From an uncultured Alphaproteobacteria bacterium (GTDB taxonomy: Bacteria; Pseudomonadota; Alphaproteobacteria; Rhizobiales; Xanthobacteraceae), in the NCBI GenBank assembly GCA_963721935.1, contig CAVRMY010000055.1:21151-85150 (forward strand): a stretch of 64,000 bases of DNA, written 5' to 3'. Shown here piece by piece: positions 51,240 through 61,223 of the stretch. The notes below the pieces were generated by a model that saw only the letters and a program-made list of their open reading frames with translations, searched no databases and was not told the DNA's origin. The translations under genes and the position numbers were made by a program. Numbering within the stretch: position 1 is the stretch's first letter; each line of letters opens with the position of its first letter.

Positions 51240-51509
51240 CTATCGATCGACCCTGACGGTACGCATATTCATTCTGGGCCGTGCGATCTGCGTTGGAGCT
51301 TCGACTGGCATCGCAACGTCGCCGGTGAACTCTGCCTGCACGCTTTCCGAAATCCAGTTGGATGCTGTCGGCTGAATAAATGCCAAAGCGATCAGAACAA
51401 CAGCGATAACCATGGGCAAAATGATAAATCCGAAACCCCATTTCTCGCGGATACTCTTCGGATTCCTGTGTGACTGATTCTTGTTTGACCTGTCGAACGG
51501 AACCAGCAT
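51240..51509 (-). CDS. Small hypothetical membrane protein
   Basis: One TM helix followed by ASNWISESVQAEF; start uncertain. Confidence 0.55.
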   Translation of the reverse strand: MLVPFDRSNKNQSHRNPKSIREKWGFGFIILPMVIAVVLIALAFIQPTASNWISESVQAEFTGDVAMPVEAPTQIARPRMNMRTVRVDR

Positions 51510-51604
51510 GGATGCCTCCGCATGCGGATGTGCCCATGCCTGCATAGCTCAAGACTTGCCGGGCCGTTGTGACCTGCTTCACACCAGCCGCGGCGAAAAA
51601 GAAC

Positions 51605-52342
51605 CTAAATGTCTTCGGTTCCCGCTCCTGCCAGTTCCTGAAGCGCCTCGACATCCAGCACCGCGATCGCGCCATGCTCGAGACGAACCCAGTGGCGTGC
51701 GGCCCAGGCACGCAGCTGCTTGTTGATGCTTTCCCGGGTCATACCGACCATTTCGCTGATCTCCTGCTGGGTGATCACAATCGTGTGGCCACCTTCGGCC
51801 GGCCTGTGCCTTTCGGTCAGGCGAATCAGCGCACTGGCAAGACGGCCGGGCAAATCCTGAAGAATAACCTGCTCGACCTGATCGCTTGTCCATCGCAGGC
51901 GCGCGCAGAGCAGTTCAATGAATTTCATCGCGAGTGCCGGCTGGCTTCGCACAAAGGGGAGAAATTCGCGCCGATCGATGACGAAAATCTCGCAATTGGT
52001 GTTTGCGGTGGCATCGGCAGTCCGCGCCTGGCCGTCGAGCAAGGCGACCTCGCCGAAAATCTCGCCGGGACCGATCAGATTCAGGATCGCGGTGCGGCCG
52101 TCAGGCGAGGAGATGCTGATCTTTACGGTACCGCTGATCACCGCGACCAGGCTGTTGCCGGCGTCGCCCTTGGAAAAAATCGTCGACCCGCGCTTCAGCG
52201 TGGCATGTTTGGCGTAACGGCAAAGCTGGTCGAACGCCTCGGGACCGAGATCGCAGAAATATGGATGCTTGCGCAGCACCGCCAACTTGTTGCTCGAAAA
52301 CTTCGGGGCTTCCCCGGTTTTGTCCTGCGACACGCCAATCAA
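51605..52342 (-). CDS. Crp/Fnr family transcriptional regulator
   Basis: cNMP-binding fold (FSKGD, GEIFGEVAL, RTADA) and HTH ITQQEISEMVGMTRESINK; TTG start with GGAGG SD; no FNR cysteine motif. Confidence 0.92.
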   Translation of the reverse strand: MIGVSQDKTGEAPKFSSNKLAVLRKHPYFCDLGPEAFDQLCRYAKHATLKRGSTIFSKGDAGNSLVAVISGTVKISISSPDGRTAILNLIGPGEIFGEVALLDGQARTADATANTNCEIFVIDRREFLPFVRSQPALAMKFIELLCARLRWTSDQVEQVILQDLPGRLASALIRLTERHRPAEGGHTIVITQQEISEMVGMTRESINKQLRAWAARHWVRLEHGAIAVLDVEALQELAGAGTEDI

Positions 52343-52695
52343 GCCTCCAGAAGCGGAGCCGATATGAAACGGCCGGCTCCGAAGATGAGCATGATCATAA
52401 TTATGACCACAATCATGGTATCATTATATTGCAGAAAACGAAGAAGACCGGATGGGTGGGCTCTTGCCCGACCGCAGGGTTAGCGAAAAATCAAGGCAGG
52501 ACAAGAGTTTGAGCGGAGCCTGTTCATACAGTTGCAGGCGAGCAATGCGCCAGACGAAAGCCTTCACGACAGACATGCACAAGTAATAGTTGTATTTCGA
52601 TTGCGAATCAATCCTTGTTCAGTATTGAGCGCCGACCGGAAGATGATCGACTGAGCGCGGTAAGAGGATCTCAAAAATCCGTACTTTCAGGCGTC

Positions 52696-53541
52696 CTAAT
52701 GTGACATCAAGACCCAGCAGGGTGGCCGGCCGATGATGGTTTTGGTGGCACCGCCCCAGACCACTTCATTCAGCCGCGAATGGCGATATGCTCCCATTAC
52801 GAGAAGGTCGATTGAGTTTTTCTTCACATAGGCCTCGAACACCTTTCCCACCGAACTGCCGTCGATCCTGATCGTTTCAAACGTCGCATTGATCCCGTGC
52901 TCCGCAAGATGACGCAGCAGGGCGTTTCCGGATTCCACCTGGCTTTGCGTCCGCTCGTCGGTCGCGGTGACCACGCGTACATCGGCGGCGTCCTCGAGCA
53001 ATGGCAATGCGTCGGCAACGGCACGTGCGGCTGGCGCAGTGTGGTCCCAGGCCACCATGACCCGATCGAACGCAACGGATAGTTCGCTGGCATTTTCCTC
53101 GGGGCACATCAGGACAGGCCGACCCGAATCAAAGATCATCCGTTCGACGATGCGTTCCGATCGGCTGTCATGCGATTTGACGGGAACCAGCGACAAATCC
53201 GTCAGCCGTGCAGCCTCGGCGAAATTCAGCGGGATATCCGCCGCCGCATCGACCCGCCTGATCCGCCGTTCGCTGCGAACGGGATGGCCGCGCGCGGCCG
53301 CATCGAACGCCTTCAACAGGCCGCGCGCATCCGACACGCTGCGCGAGGCGGCACTCTCTTCCGCGTTCTCCAAATCGGGAGAGATCACGACCTTGGGCCG
53401 GACAGGAATTTCCTCTTCCACGGCCAGCGCCGTGACCCGGGCTCCGAGGTCGCCGGCGACCACCACGCATTTATTGATCGCGGCAACCGCAGCCGGGTTG
53501 GGTTCGCCGACCAGAGGCAAAAGAATATCCTTGATGGCCAT
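52696..53541 (-). CDS. Universal stress protein (two USP domains)
   Basis: IKDILL, SGRPVL, RVMVAWDHT.PAARA, DLLVMGAYRHSRL, LGGATK-like motif. Confidence 0.92.
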   Translation of the reverse strand: MAIKDILLPLVGEPNPAAVAAINKCVVVAGDLGARVTALAVEEEIPVRPKVVISPDLENAEESAASRSVSDARGLLKAFDAAARGHPVRSERRIRRVDAAADIPLNFAEAARLTDLSLVPVKSHDSRSERIVERMIFDSGRPVLMCPEENASELSVAFDRVMVAWDHTAPAARAVADALPLLEDAADVRVVTATDERTQSQVESGNALLRHLAEHGINATFETIRIDGSSVGKVFEAYVKKNSIDLLVMGAYRHSRLNEVVWGGATKTIIGRPPCWVLMSH

Positions 53542-53588
53542 GGGTTCTCTCCTTTTAAGAAAACCTAGGTTCTTGCGGTGGAGTGTCG

Positions 53589-53602
53589 TTGATCTCGCTC
53601 AA
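53589..53602. promoter_or_regulatory. FixK/FNR-type box upstream of the USP gene
   Basis: TTGATCTCGCTCAA fits TTGA-N6-TCAA, centred about 54 nt upstream of the USP start codon. Confidence 0.7.
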
Positions 53603-53631
53603 AGCACGGCCGGTACGATAGCGCCCCCTGA

Positions 53632-53943
53632 TTGAAGTCAAAAATTTGCATCTGGCCCCATATGGTTGATCAGGATAGCTTTTCGGTTGCCACATCTGGA
53701 GACGCGCGGATGCTTTGCGCCGGCCTGATCGGCTGGCGTTCGCTCGTGGTGGCGCAGGATGCGAAGCGGATCGGCATCTATGGATTCGGCGCGGCCGGGC
53801 ATATCGTGGCCCAGGTTGCGCTCTGGCAAGGCCGCTCGGTCGCTGGCGTGAGGAAAGTGCACGACCACCTGTGCTGGGTCGACGCGATGTCCGGTATGTA
53901 CCTGGATTCACCGGAAGGTGAGGGCTACGCCAAGGCGATCTGA
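53632..53943 (+). pseudogene. Chimeric remnant: internal Zn-dependent alcohol dehydrogenase fragment joined to an unrelated C-terminal fragment
   Basis: LCAGLIGWRSL...IGIYGFGAAGHIVAQVALWQGRSV is the middle of a Zn-ADH; after about 53842 the frame reads GVRKVHDHLCWVDAMSGMYL, resembling the end of CBS-BON proteins. Confidence 0.75.
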
Positions 53944-54005
53944 GCCCAACGTGACATCTGCTTTCTCGAAGAGCGCGGTCTCATGGTTCGAGATGCGCTT
54001 GCAAA

Positions 54006-54464
54006 TCAGTGCGGCACTATAGCGGTTGCTTCGATTTCGACCCTGGCCGCCTTCTCAACCAGGCGCACGACCTGGACCAGCGCCATGGCTGGATAATGCG
54101 AACCGAAGATTTCGCGATAGACCTGGCCCAGCATCTTCAGACTGGTGAGATATTCTTCCATGTCGACGACGTACCACGTCAGCCGCACGAGATCTTCAGG
54201 CCGTGCGCCGCCTTCGGTGAGAATGGCCGAAATATTGCTCAGCGTCTGACGCACCTGTGCGACAAAATCCTTCTGAAGACGGCCTTGCTGATCCCAGCCG
54301 ATCACGCCGCCGGTGACGACGAGGCGGCCTTCGGCGGTCATGCCATTGGCATAGCCCTTTGGTGCCGGCCACCCGCTCGGCTGGAGGATCTGCGGGCCGC
54401 CGGGCGCATTCCGGTCTTTCGTCACCGGAGCAAGGGCAGCATGTTGGCCTTTCGGTAGGTTCAC
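54006..54464 (-). CDS. RidA/YjgF family protein
   Basis: PKGYANG, QTLSNI, YPAMALVQV, VEIEATA; GTG start with GGAGAGG SD. Confidence 0.9.
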   Translation of the reverse strand: MNLPKGQHAALAPVTKDRNAPGGPQILQPSGWPAPKGYANGMTAEGRLVVTGGVIGWDQQGRLQKDFVAQVRQTLSNISAILTEGGARPEDLVRLTWYVVDMEEYLTSLKMLGQVYREIFGSHYPAMALVQVVRLVEKAARVEIEATAIVPH

Positions 54465-54484
54465 TGACGCCTCTCCTTTACACT

Positions 54485-56194
54485 TCATTCGGCGGCCAAC
54501 CCTGCCGACGATGAACAGGACTTTGCCATCTGCCGTAAGGCAAATCGCTGCAGTTTTCCGGTCTGCGTCTTTGGCAGCTCGGTGACGTATTCGATTGTGC
54601 GCGGATATTTGTACGGCGCGATCTCGCGTTTGACATGGTCTTGCAGCTCGCTCGTCAGCGCGTCATCCGCCTTGATGCCTGGCATCAAGACGACATAGGC
54701 CTTGACGATCATGCCGCGCGCCTCGTCCGGCGCACCGACGACGCCACATTCGGCAACGGATCGATGCTTCAGCAGCGCCACCTCGACCTCGGGACCTGCG
54801 ATGTTGTAGCCCGAAGAAATGATCATGTCGTCCGATCGCGCCACGAAGCAGAAGCGGCCGCTCTCATCGCGAACGAACAAATCTCCGGTCAGGTTCCAGC
54901 CGTCGCGCACATAATTCGATTGCCTAACGTCTGCGAGGTAGCGGCAGCCGGTCGGTCCGCGGACCGCTAGCTTGCCGACGGTGCCCGGCGGCAATTCGCG
55001 CATTTGCTCGTCGACGATCCTGGCCTCGTAGCCCGTAACCGGGCGTCCTGTCGTTCCGGCGTCGGCATCCCCTGGACGGTTGGTAATGAAGATATGCAGC
55101 AGTTCGGTGCTGCCGATGCCGTCCAGGATTGTCTTGCCTGTCCTGGCGGTCCAGCTTTCAAACACCGGCGCCGGCAAGGTTTCGCCTGCCGATACGGCAA
55201 GACGCAGCGAGGAGAGGTCTGCGCCCCGGTCCATCGCAAGCATCATTGCGCGATATGCGGTCGGAGAGGTAAAGCAGATCGTGGCCTTGTAGGTCTCGAT
55301 GATCTTGACCATCTCGCTCGGCGCCGCATTTTCCAGCAGCGTCGCGGTCGCTCCGAACCGCAGTGGAAAGATCGCAAGGCCGCCCAGCCCGAACGTGAAG
55401 GCAAGCGGCGGTGACCCGACAAAGACATCGTCGCTCGTTACCTGAAGCACTTCCCTCGCATAGCCATCGGCGATGATCAGGAGATCGCGGTGGAAATGCA
55501 TGGTTGCCTTGGGCTCGCCGGTCGTGCCCGAGGTAAATCCAAGCAGCGCGACATCGTCCCGCCCGGTCTTGACCGCATCGAACCGTACCGGCTTGTTCAG
55601 CGCCACGCGGTCGAGTTCTGCATCGTGATTTGAGGTGCCGTCGAAATTGACGACCTGCTTGAGGAAGCTGCTGGTTTTCGCGCAGGCAACCAGTTCGTCG
55701 GCGATGCGGCTGTCGGTCAGCGCCAGCGCAATTTCGGCCTTGTCGACGATCTTGCTCAGTTCGCCGGCGCGCAATAACGGCATCGTATTGACGACGACTG
55801 CACCCGCTTTCGTGGCTGCGAGCCAGGCGGCAACCAGCGCCGGATTGTTGCCCGAACGGATCAGAACGCGGTTGCCGGGCTTTACGCCGTAATTCTCAAC
55901 CAGCGCATGTGCAAGGCGGTTCGACCAGTCGGCGAGTTCCTTGTAGGTGCGTTGGCGGCCGTTACCGATCAAAGCTATGCGGTCGCCAAGCCCTTGCTCG
56001 ACGATCCGGTCGGTAAGCTCCACCGCGGCGTTGAGATATTCGGGATAGTGAAACTCAGCCCGGTCGAGAAGCAGCGCCGGCCATTGCTCGTGCGGCGGCA
56101 GGTTCCGCCGCGTGAAATCGTCGACATGCCCCGAGGGCCCAAGCGATCGAGCTTGCGACGAGTCATGACCTGGAATTTCACCTGACATTTCCAT
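54485..56194 (-). CDS. abmG: Aryl-CoA ligase (2-aminobenzoate/benzoate-CoA ligase family)
   Basis: FTSGTTGEPK, AFTFGLGG, GIGSTELLHIF, RSDDMIISSG, PKTQTGKLQR; context with an AbmA-like gene. Confidence 0.82.
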   Translation of the reverse strand: MEMSGEIPGHDSSQARSLGPSGHVDDFTRRNLPPHEQWPALLLDRAEFHYPEYLNAAVELTDRIVEQGLGDRIALIGNGRQRTYKELADWSNRLAHALVENYGVKPGNRVLIRSGNNPALVAAWLAATKAGAVVVNTMPLLRAGELSKIVDKAEIALALTDSRIADELVACAKTSSFLKQVVNFDGTSNHDAELDRVALNKPVRFDAVKTGRDDVALLGFTSGTTGEPKATMHFHRDLLIIADGYAREVLQVTSDDVFVGSPPLAFTFGLGGLAIFPLRFGATATLLENAAPSEMVKIIETYKATICFTSPTAYRAMMLAMDRGADLSSLRLAVSAGETLPAPVFESWTARTGKTILDGIGSTELLHIFITNRPGDADAGTTGRPVTGYEARIVDEQMRELPPGTVGKLAVRGPTGCRYLADVRQSNYVRDGWNLTGDLFVRDESGRFCFVARSDDMIISSGYNIAGPEVEVALLKHRSVAECGVVGAPDEARGMIVKAYVVLMPGIKADDALTSELQDHVKREIAPYKYPRTIEYVTELPKTQTGKLQRFALRQMAKSCSSSAGLAAE

Positions 56195-56262
56195 CGTCCT
56201 CCGGTTTGCGATGAAAGGGGAAGCCAATGAAGCAAGGTGTTGGCGAGCTCTCCGGAAAAACA

Positions 56263-56281
56263 TTTTATACTTAAAATAATT
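56263..56281. promoter_or_regulatory. Candidate operator copy A, overlapping a TTGCGC-N16-TAAAAT promoter on minus
   Basis: TTTTATACTTAAAATAATT; aligns with copies at 57735, 57810 and 63615. Confidence 0.6.
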
Positions 56282-56328
56282 TGGCGCAATAGGGCTAATC
56301 GGCTGTTCCCGAACCCTTTTGGAAGATC

Positions 56329-57144
56329 CTAGCGGGTTGCCAGTTCCTTCAGGCGCAATACCATCGGCGAATTCGGCTCCGCAAGCGGAGCGATCGCCGT
56401 GAAATGGTTGGCTCCTCCAACCGTGCCGAACCGGGTCGGAAGACCCGCCTTTCCCCAGAAATCGACGATGGTCCGGCTTTGCCGGAAATATTCCGCGCTT
56501 TCGGCCTCTCCCACCACCGCGTCGAGACTTCCCTGCGCGGGCGGCGGCCAGAACAAGGGACTTGCGCTGCGGGCGGCTTCTTCATCCAGGCCCAACGCCT
56601 TGTTGATGGATGTATGGACGAGCGGCGTGAGGTCGAACAGGCCCGAAATTGAGTAGGCTGCCGTCACGAGGTCCGAAGGCAGCGATGCGTCGATCGCTTT
56701 CCAGTCAGTCGCCAACATGCAGGCCGCCAGATGCCCGCCTGCGGAATGCCCGCTGATGACAAGGCGTCGTCCCATCCGCGCCAGTTCACGCGACGCCGTT
56801 CGCATTTGTTCGATGATCTGCTGGATTGTGACTTTCGGACAGAGATCATAACTCGGGATCGCGACGCTGATGCCGTGGGCGTTCAGCCCGCGTGCCACGT
56901 GGCTGGAGGACAAACCGTCAAGCGCCTGCCAGTAGCCTCCATGGATGAAAACGACGATCGGGCCACGGTCGCGGCCTTCGAAGACGTCGATGACGTGGCG
57001 CGCTCCCGCACCGTAAGCGATCCTGCGCGGCGGATGGCTTTCGCGAAAGGCTGCCGCATCCCTCACCCACCCCGCCAGCAGCGCGGGGCTTTCCGGAACG
57101 CGCGCCCGGTTGTTGTATTCAACCTCGTAGTCGATTTCGGCCAC
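56329..57144 (-). CDS. Alpha/beta hydrolase, arylformamidase-like
   Basis: EYNNRARVP, FIHGGYWQ, GHSAGGHL, ESAEYFRQS, NHF; GTG start just after the marR stop. Confidence 0.88.
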   Translation of the reverse strand: MAEIDYEVEYNNRARVPESPALLAGWVRDAAAFRESHPPRRIAYGAGARHVIDVFEGRDRGPIVVFIHGGYWQALDGLSSSHVARGLNAHGISVAIPSYDLCPKVTIQQIIEQMRTASRELARMGRRLVISGHSAGGHLAACMLATDWKAIDASLPSDLVTAAYSISGLFDLTPLVHTSINKALGLDEEAARSASPLFWPPPAQGSLDAVVGEAESAEYFRQSRTIVDFWGKAGLPTRFGTVGGANHFTAIAPLAEPNSPMVLRLKELATR

Positions 57145-57152
57145 GCCGTCCT

Positions 57153-57659
57153 TCAAGCTGGTTTCCGGGCGGACTTTTGCGCCGACGCCTTGGTTTTCGC
57201 CAGTAGCCGCATCAATTCGCGGACATCCTTGGGCGAAAGATCGGAAAATATCTCGGCGATCCACCTTTCGTGCTCGGCCGCCATCCTGCGGAACTCGGCA
57301 CGGCCAACCTTGGTCAGCCTGATGACCTGGACCCGCCGATCGCTATCCGAGGTTCGCCGGTCGAGATGGCCGGATTCGACGAGGCGCTCTACCAGACCCG
57401 TGACGTTGCCGTTACTGACCATCATTCGCTTCGAGACGTCGGACAGCGTCATTCCCTCCGGAACCCTGTCGAGCTGTGCCATCAGGTCGAAGCGCGGCAG
57501 CGTGACGTCGAACCGCTCGCGCAGGAGCCTGCGGACCTCGCCTTCGATAAGGGTTGTGCAGGTCAGGAGGCGAAGCCACAACCGAAGTTCGCTGCCGTGA
57601 TCTTCCGGGAGTTCGACGGCTTTGGTCTCTGAATCGAGGATCATATCCGAGTCATGCAT
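57153..57659 (-). CDS. MarR family transcriptional regulator
   Basis: LRLWLRLL, TLPRFDLMAQL, VSNGNVTGLVERL, DRRVQVIRLT. Confidence 0.93.
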   Translation of the reverse strand: MHDSDMILDSETKAVELPEDHGSELRLWLRLLTCTTLIEGEVRRLLRERFDVTLPRFDLMAQLDRVPEGMTLSDVSKRMMVSNGNVTGLVERLVESGHLDRRTSDSDRRVQVIRLTKVGRAEFRRMAAEHERWIAEIFSDLSPKDVRELMRLLAKTKASAQKSARKPA

Positions 57660-57734
57660 AAGAGGTCGCACCTGCAAATGAGCCCAGCGATGGCCACAAG
57701 ACGGCAAATACGCTCCCGTGGCGCACCCCTGTTG

Positions 57735-57828
57735 TTTTGACCTTCAAGCAATTAGGCGCGGCCCGCAAGCCAAAACGTAAAATGGGTCACAAAGTCGTAT
57801 AACAAATTTCTTTAGGTTTCAAACAATT
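57735..57828. promoter_or_regulatory. Candidate operator copies B (57735-57753) and C (57810-57828) between divergent marR and binding-protein genes
   Basis: TTTTGACCTTCAAGCAATT and CTTTAGGTTTCAAACAATT. Confidence 0.6.
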
Positions 57829-58002
57829 GGCGCGACCCTTGCATGCCGTCATGTCGCTCGCCGTGTTATCGGTAACTGCCGTCGGCGTGCGCCCGCTTTG
57901 CTTGCCGCCGCCACCATCATCAGAATAAACTGCTGGTTGCGATGGGTTTGGGGGTCCGGCGTTTGCGTCATTCGGCGGGCGAGGCCGAGCAGGAGGGAAG
58001 TG

Positions 58003-59178
58003 ATGAAAGAGCGATTGAAGTTGGCGGGATTAGTAGCCCTTTTCGCGAGCCTCGCCGGTACGGCGGTCGCGCAGGAAAAAATCAAGATCGGCCTAGTCCT
58101 CACCTTGTCGGGTCCGGCGGCCGCGCTTGGTCAGCAGGTCCGCGACGGCTTCACGCTGGCAATCAAGGACCTCGGCGGCAAGATGGCTGGCCGGGACGTC
58201 GAGATCGTGGCGGCCGATGACGAGCTCAAGCCGGACGCCGCCGTCATCAAGGTCAAGGGGCTACTCGAACGCGACAAGGTCGATTTTGTTGTCGGCCCAA
58301 TCTTCTCCAATATCCTTCAGGCGATCCACAAGCCGGTGACGGACACCAAGACCTTCCTGATCAGCCCGAACGCGGGTCCCTCGAGCTATGCCGGCAAGAA
58401 CTGCAGCCCGTTCTTCTACGTGACCTCCTACCAGAATGACCAGGTGCATGAGATCCTGGGCAAGGTCGCGCAGGATCGCGGCTACAAACGGGTCTACGTG
58501 ATGGTCCCGAACTACCAGGCCGGCAAGGATTCGGCGGCCGGGTTCAAGCTGGACTACAAGGGAGAGGTCGTCGAGGAAAGCTACGTGCCGCTGGGCACGC
58601 TGGATTTCCAGGTAGAGCTTTCCAAGATCGCTTCGCTCAAGCCTGACGCCGTGTTCACCTTCATGCCGGGCGGAATGGGCGTCAGTCTCGTGAAGCAATA
58701 TCGGCAGGCCGGATTGGCCGATCAGATCCCGGTGCTTTCGGCGTTCACGGTTGACGAGTCGACGTTGCCGGCGCAGCAGGATGCGGCGGTTGGTATGTTT
58801 GGAGGCGCAGATTGGGCGCCCGATCTTAACAATCCGCAGAGCAGGAAATTCGTCGCGGCCTATGAGGCCGCCTATGGCAACGTCCCCGGAACCTACGCCA
58901 TGCAGGGCTACGATGCGGCGATGCTGATCAACAGCGCCATGAAAGCGATCCACGGAGACCTCTCCAACAAGGAGGCGCTTGCGGCCGCCTTCAGGAAAGC
59001 CGACTTCGTCTCGCTGCGCGGCAACTTCAAGATCAACGTCAATGGCTATCCGATCCAGGACTTTTACCTGACCAAGGTTGCCAAGCGCGCGGACGGCAAA
59101 TTTCAGACCGAGATCGTGCAGAAGGTTTTTGAGAATTACGGCGACCGCTATGCCAAGGATTGCGCGCCGGCCAGGTAA
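58003..59178 (+). CDS. Liv-type ABC substrate-binding protein (aromatic-acid-binding type)
   Basis: KIKIGLV.TLSG, DDELKPD, PNYQAGKD; no permeases adjacent. Confidence 0.9.
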   Translation: MKERLKLAGLVALFASLAGTAVAQEKIKIGLVLTLSGPAAALGQQVRDGFTLAIKDLGGKMAGRDVEIVAADDELKPDAAVIKVKGLLERDKVDFVVGPIFSNILQAIHKPVTDTKTFLISPNAGPSSYAGKNCSPFFYVTSYQNDQVHEILGKVAQDRGYKRVYVMVPNYQAGKDSAAGFKLDYKGEVVEESYVPLGTLDFQVELSKIASLKPDAVFTFMPGGMGVSLVKQYRQAGLADQIPVLSAFTVDESTLPAQQDAAVGMFGGADWAPDLNNPQSRKFVAAYEAAYGNVPGTYAMQGYDAAMLINSAMKAIHGDLSNKEALAAAFRKADFVSLRGNFKINVNGYPIQDFYLTKVAKRADGKFQTEIVQKVFENYGDRYAKDCAPAR

Positions 59179-59258
59179 ACAACGCAAGGCGTTCAGGGCG
59201 AGGCGGATAACTCCACCGCGTGCTGAAAACGCCGCCAAATAACGGAAGGAAACAGGCG

Positions 59259-59714
59259 ATGAACAGCGAGATTACCGGCATCACCCGGGCCAACGAGGGC
59301 ATCCAGGGGATCTCATGGAATATCCTGGGCCAGACCTATGTACCGAAAAACCGCACCGACCAGTGCTTTTCGTGGCACGCAACGCTGCCGCCCGGCACCT
59401 TCGTGCCGCCGCACATCCATCCGGACCAGGACGAGTATATCTACATGCTGGAAGGCAAGCTCGACTTCGTGCTCGCGAACTCCGAAGCGCAGGCAACACC
59501 GGGTGACCTGATCCGCCTCGGCATGGGCATTCCGCACGGCATCTTCAACAAGTCCGACCAGACCGCGAAGGTGCTGTTCTGGGTATCGCCGACGAAGAAG
59601 CTCTACGACTTGTTCTGGGGCCTCCACAACATGAAGGAGCAAAAGCCCGACGACGTCGTGGCGATGGCGGCCGAATACAACATCCATTTCCTTCCCCCAC
59701 CGCCGGGGGCGTGA
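59259..59714 (+). CDS. Cupin domain protein
   Basis: PPHIHPDQDEYIYMLEG and GIPHGIFN metal-binding motifs. Confidence 0.88.
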   Translation: MNSEITGITRANEGIQGISWNILGQTYVPKNRTDQCFSWHATLPPGTFVPPHIHPDQDEYIYMLEGKLDFVLANSEAQATPGDLIRLGMGIPHGIFNKSDQTAKVLFWVSPTKKLYDLFWGLHNMKEQKPDDVVAMAAEYNIHFLPPPPGA

Positions 59715-59735
59715 GTCCTACGAACAACGGTGAGG

Positions 59736-59894
59736 CTCATGGTGGGGAGACGCACCCTCGGGTGAGGCGCACCTGCGCCGTCTCCAGTTCCTCACGATGG
59801 GGAGGCACGTCAGCGCTGTCTCGAACCATGAGGCCCCGACACCTCGCCTCATCCTTCGAGATGCGCGCCAACCGCGCGCTTCTTAAGGATGAGG
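59736..59894. repeat. Palindromic REP-like cluster (CTCATGGT...ACCATGAG / CTCATCCT...AGGATGAG family)
   Basis: Nested inverted repeats between convergent genes; partial relatives at about 53982-54000 and 63657-63697. Confidence 0.7.
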
Positions 59895-59914
59895 GTTCGG
59901 CCTCCGAGAAGCGG

Positions 59915-61165
59915 TCAGCCTCGTACCGCCGCAAGCCCCGGGACAGCCGCAAAGCCGGCCTTGTGTGCGTAGCCGCGCACGATCGCCTCGCGCTGGCTGT
60001 AGCTCAGAACCTTGTCGATGTCGGTGAAGCCGTCGGGCGCAAGTTGCTCGACCGCATCGATCACGCCCTCCGGTCCACCACGACGGTTGGAGCGCACGAT
60101 CTCTGCTGTCATCGGCAGGCGTTTTTGTTCGTAGGCCACGAGCGCCTGGCGCGGATGTTCGGAACGAGCGAGCGCATCCGCGAGGCACCGCGCATCGAGA
60201 ATGGCCTGGCTGGCGCCGTTCGAACCTACCGGATACATCGGATGGGCGGCATCGCCGAGCAGCGTCACGCGCCCGCTCGACCAGTAGGGCAACGGATCGC
60301 GGTCGCAGGTCGGGTATTCGAAGAACTCGGGCGTCGCAGAAATCAGGCTCGCCACATCGACATGAGGGACTGAAAAGCGCGCGACATGCGGCATCAGTTC
60401 CTCGCGCTTGCCAGGCCGCGACCAGTCCTCCCGGCGCGGCGGCGGCGCACTGCCGTCGCCAATCTTCACCAGCACCGCCCAATTGGTGAGACGATTTGCC
60501 GGACTCGATCCTTCCGCGATCGGATAAACGACGACCTTGGCGTTCAAGCCCCCCGCGACAATCATCGAACGGCCGGTGAGAAAGACCGGCCAGTCCCGCG
60601 CTCCGCGCCACAGCATCAAGCCGTTCCAGCACGGCGGCCCTTCGTTCGGAAACAGCGTCTCGCGCACCCGCGAATGAATGCCATCGGCGCCGATTAGGAT
60701 ATCGCCGCGCACGGTATTGATGTGGCTGCCCATGCGATCGAAGAAGTAGGCGGTGACTCCGCCCTCGTCCTGGGTGAAGGCCCCCAGTCTGCATCCGGTG
60801 TGGATGGCTTGCTTGCCTACCCGCTCCTCGACGGCGTGGTGGATCACGCTTTGCAGGCGGCCGCGATGAATGGAAAACTGCGGCACGTCGTGACCGGCGT
60901 CGATGCCGCGGGCATCGCGCCATACTTCCTGGCCGTGGCGGTTGAGATAATAAAGAACGTCGGTACGGATCGCGACGTCGTCAAGTTCCTGCAACAGGCC
61001 GAGGGCCGCGAGCTCCCGGATCGCATGGGGCAGCGTATTGATGCCGACACCGAGTTCGCGGATCGTCTCCGCCTGTTCGAAGAGTTCGCAACTGATGCCG
61101 CGTCCGCGCAACATCAGCGCTGTGGTAAGGCCGCCAATACCGCCACCGACGATGATCGCCTTCAT
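59915..61165 (-). CDS. FAD-dependent monooxygenase (salicylate hydroxylase-like class A)
   Basis: IVGGGIGGL, IGADGIHS, LLGDAAHPMYP.GSNGASQA. Confidence 0.9.
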   Translation of the reverse strand: MKAIIVGGGIGGLTTALMLRGRGISCELFEQAETIRELGVGINTLPHAIRELAALGLLQELDDVAIRTDVLYYLNRHGQEVWRDARGIDAGHDVPQFSIHRGRLQSVIHHAVEERVGKQAIHTGCRLGAFTQDEGGVTAYFFDRMGSHINTVRGDILIGADGIHSRVRETLFPNEGPPCWNGLMLWRGARDWPVFLTGRSMIVAGGLNAKVVVYPIAEGSSPANRLTNWAVLVKIGDGSAPPPRREDWSRPGKREELMPHVARFSVPHVDVASLISATPEFFEYPTCDRDPLPYWSSGRVTLLGDAAHPMYPVGSNGASQAILDARCLADALARSEHPRQALVAYEQKRLPMTAEIVRSNRRGGPEGVIDAVEQLAPDGFTDIDKVLSYSQREAIVRGYAHKAGFAAVPGLAAVRG

Positions 61166-61223
61166 CGCTGCACTCCACCCGACCCAAACAACTTGCGACG
61201 GCGCTCCACAATCGCATGGCGCC

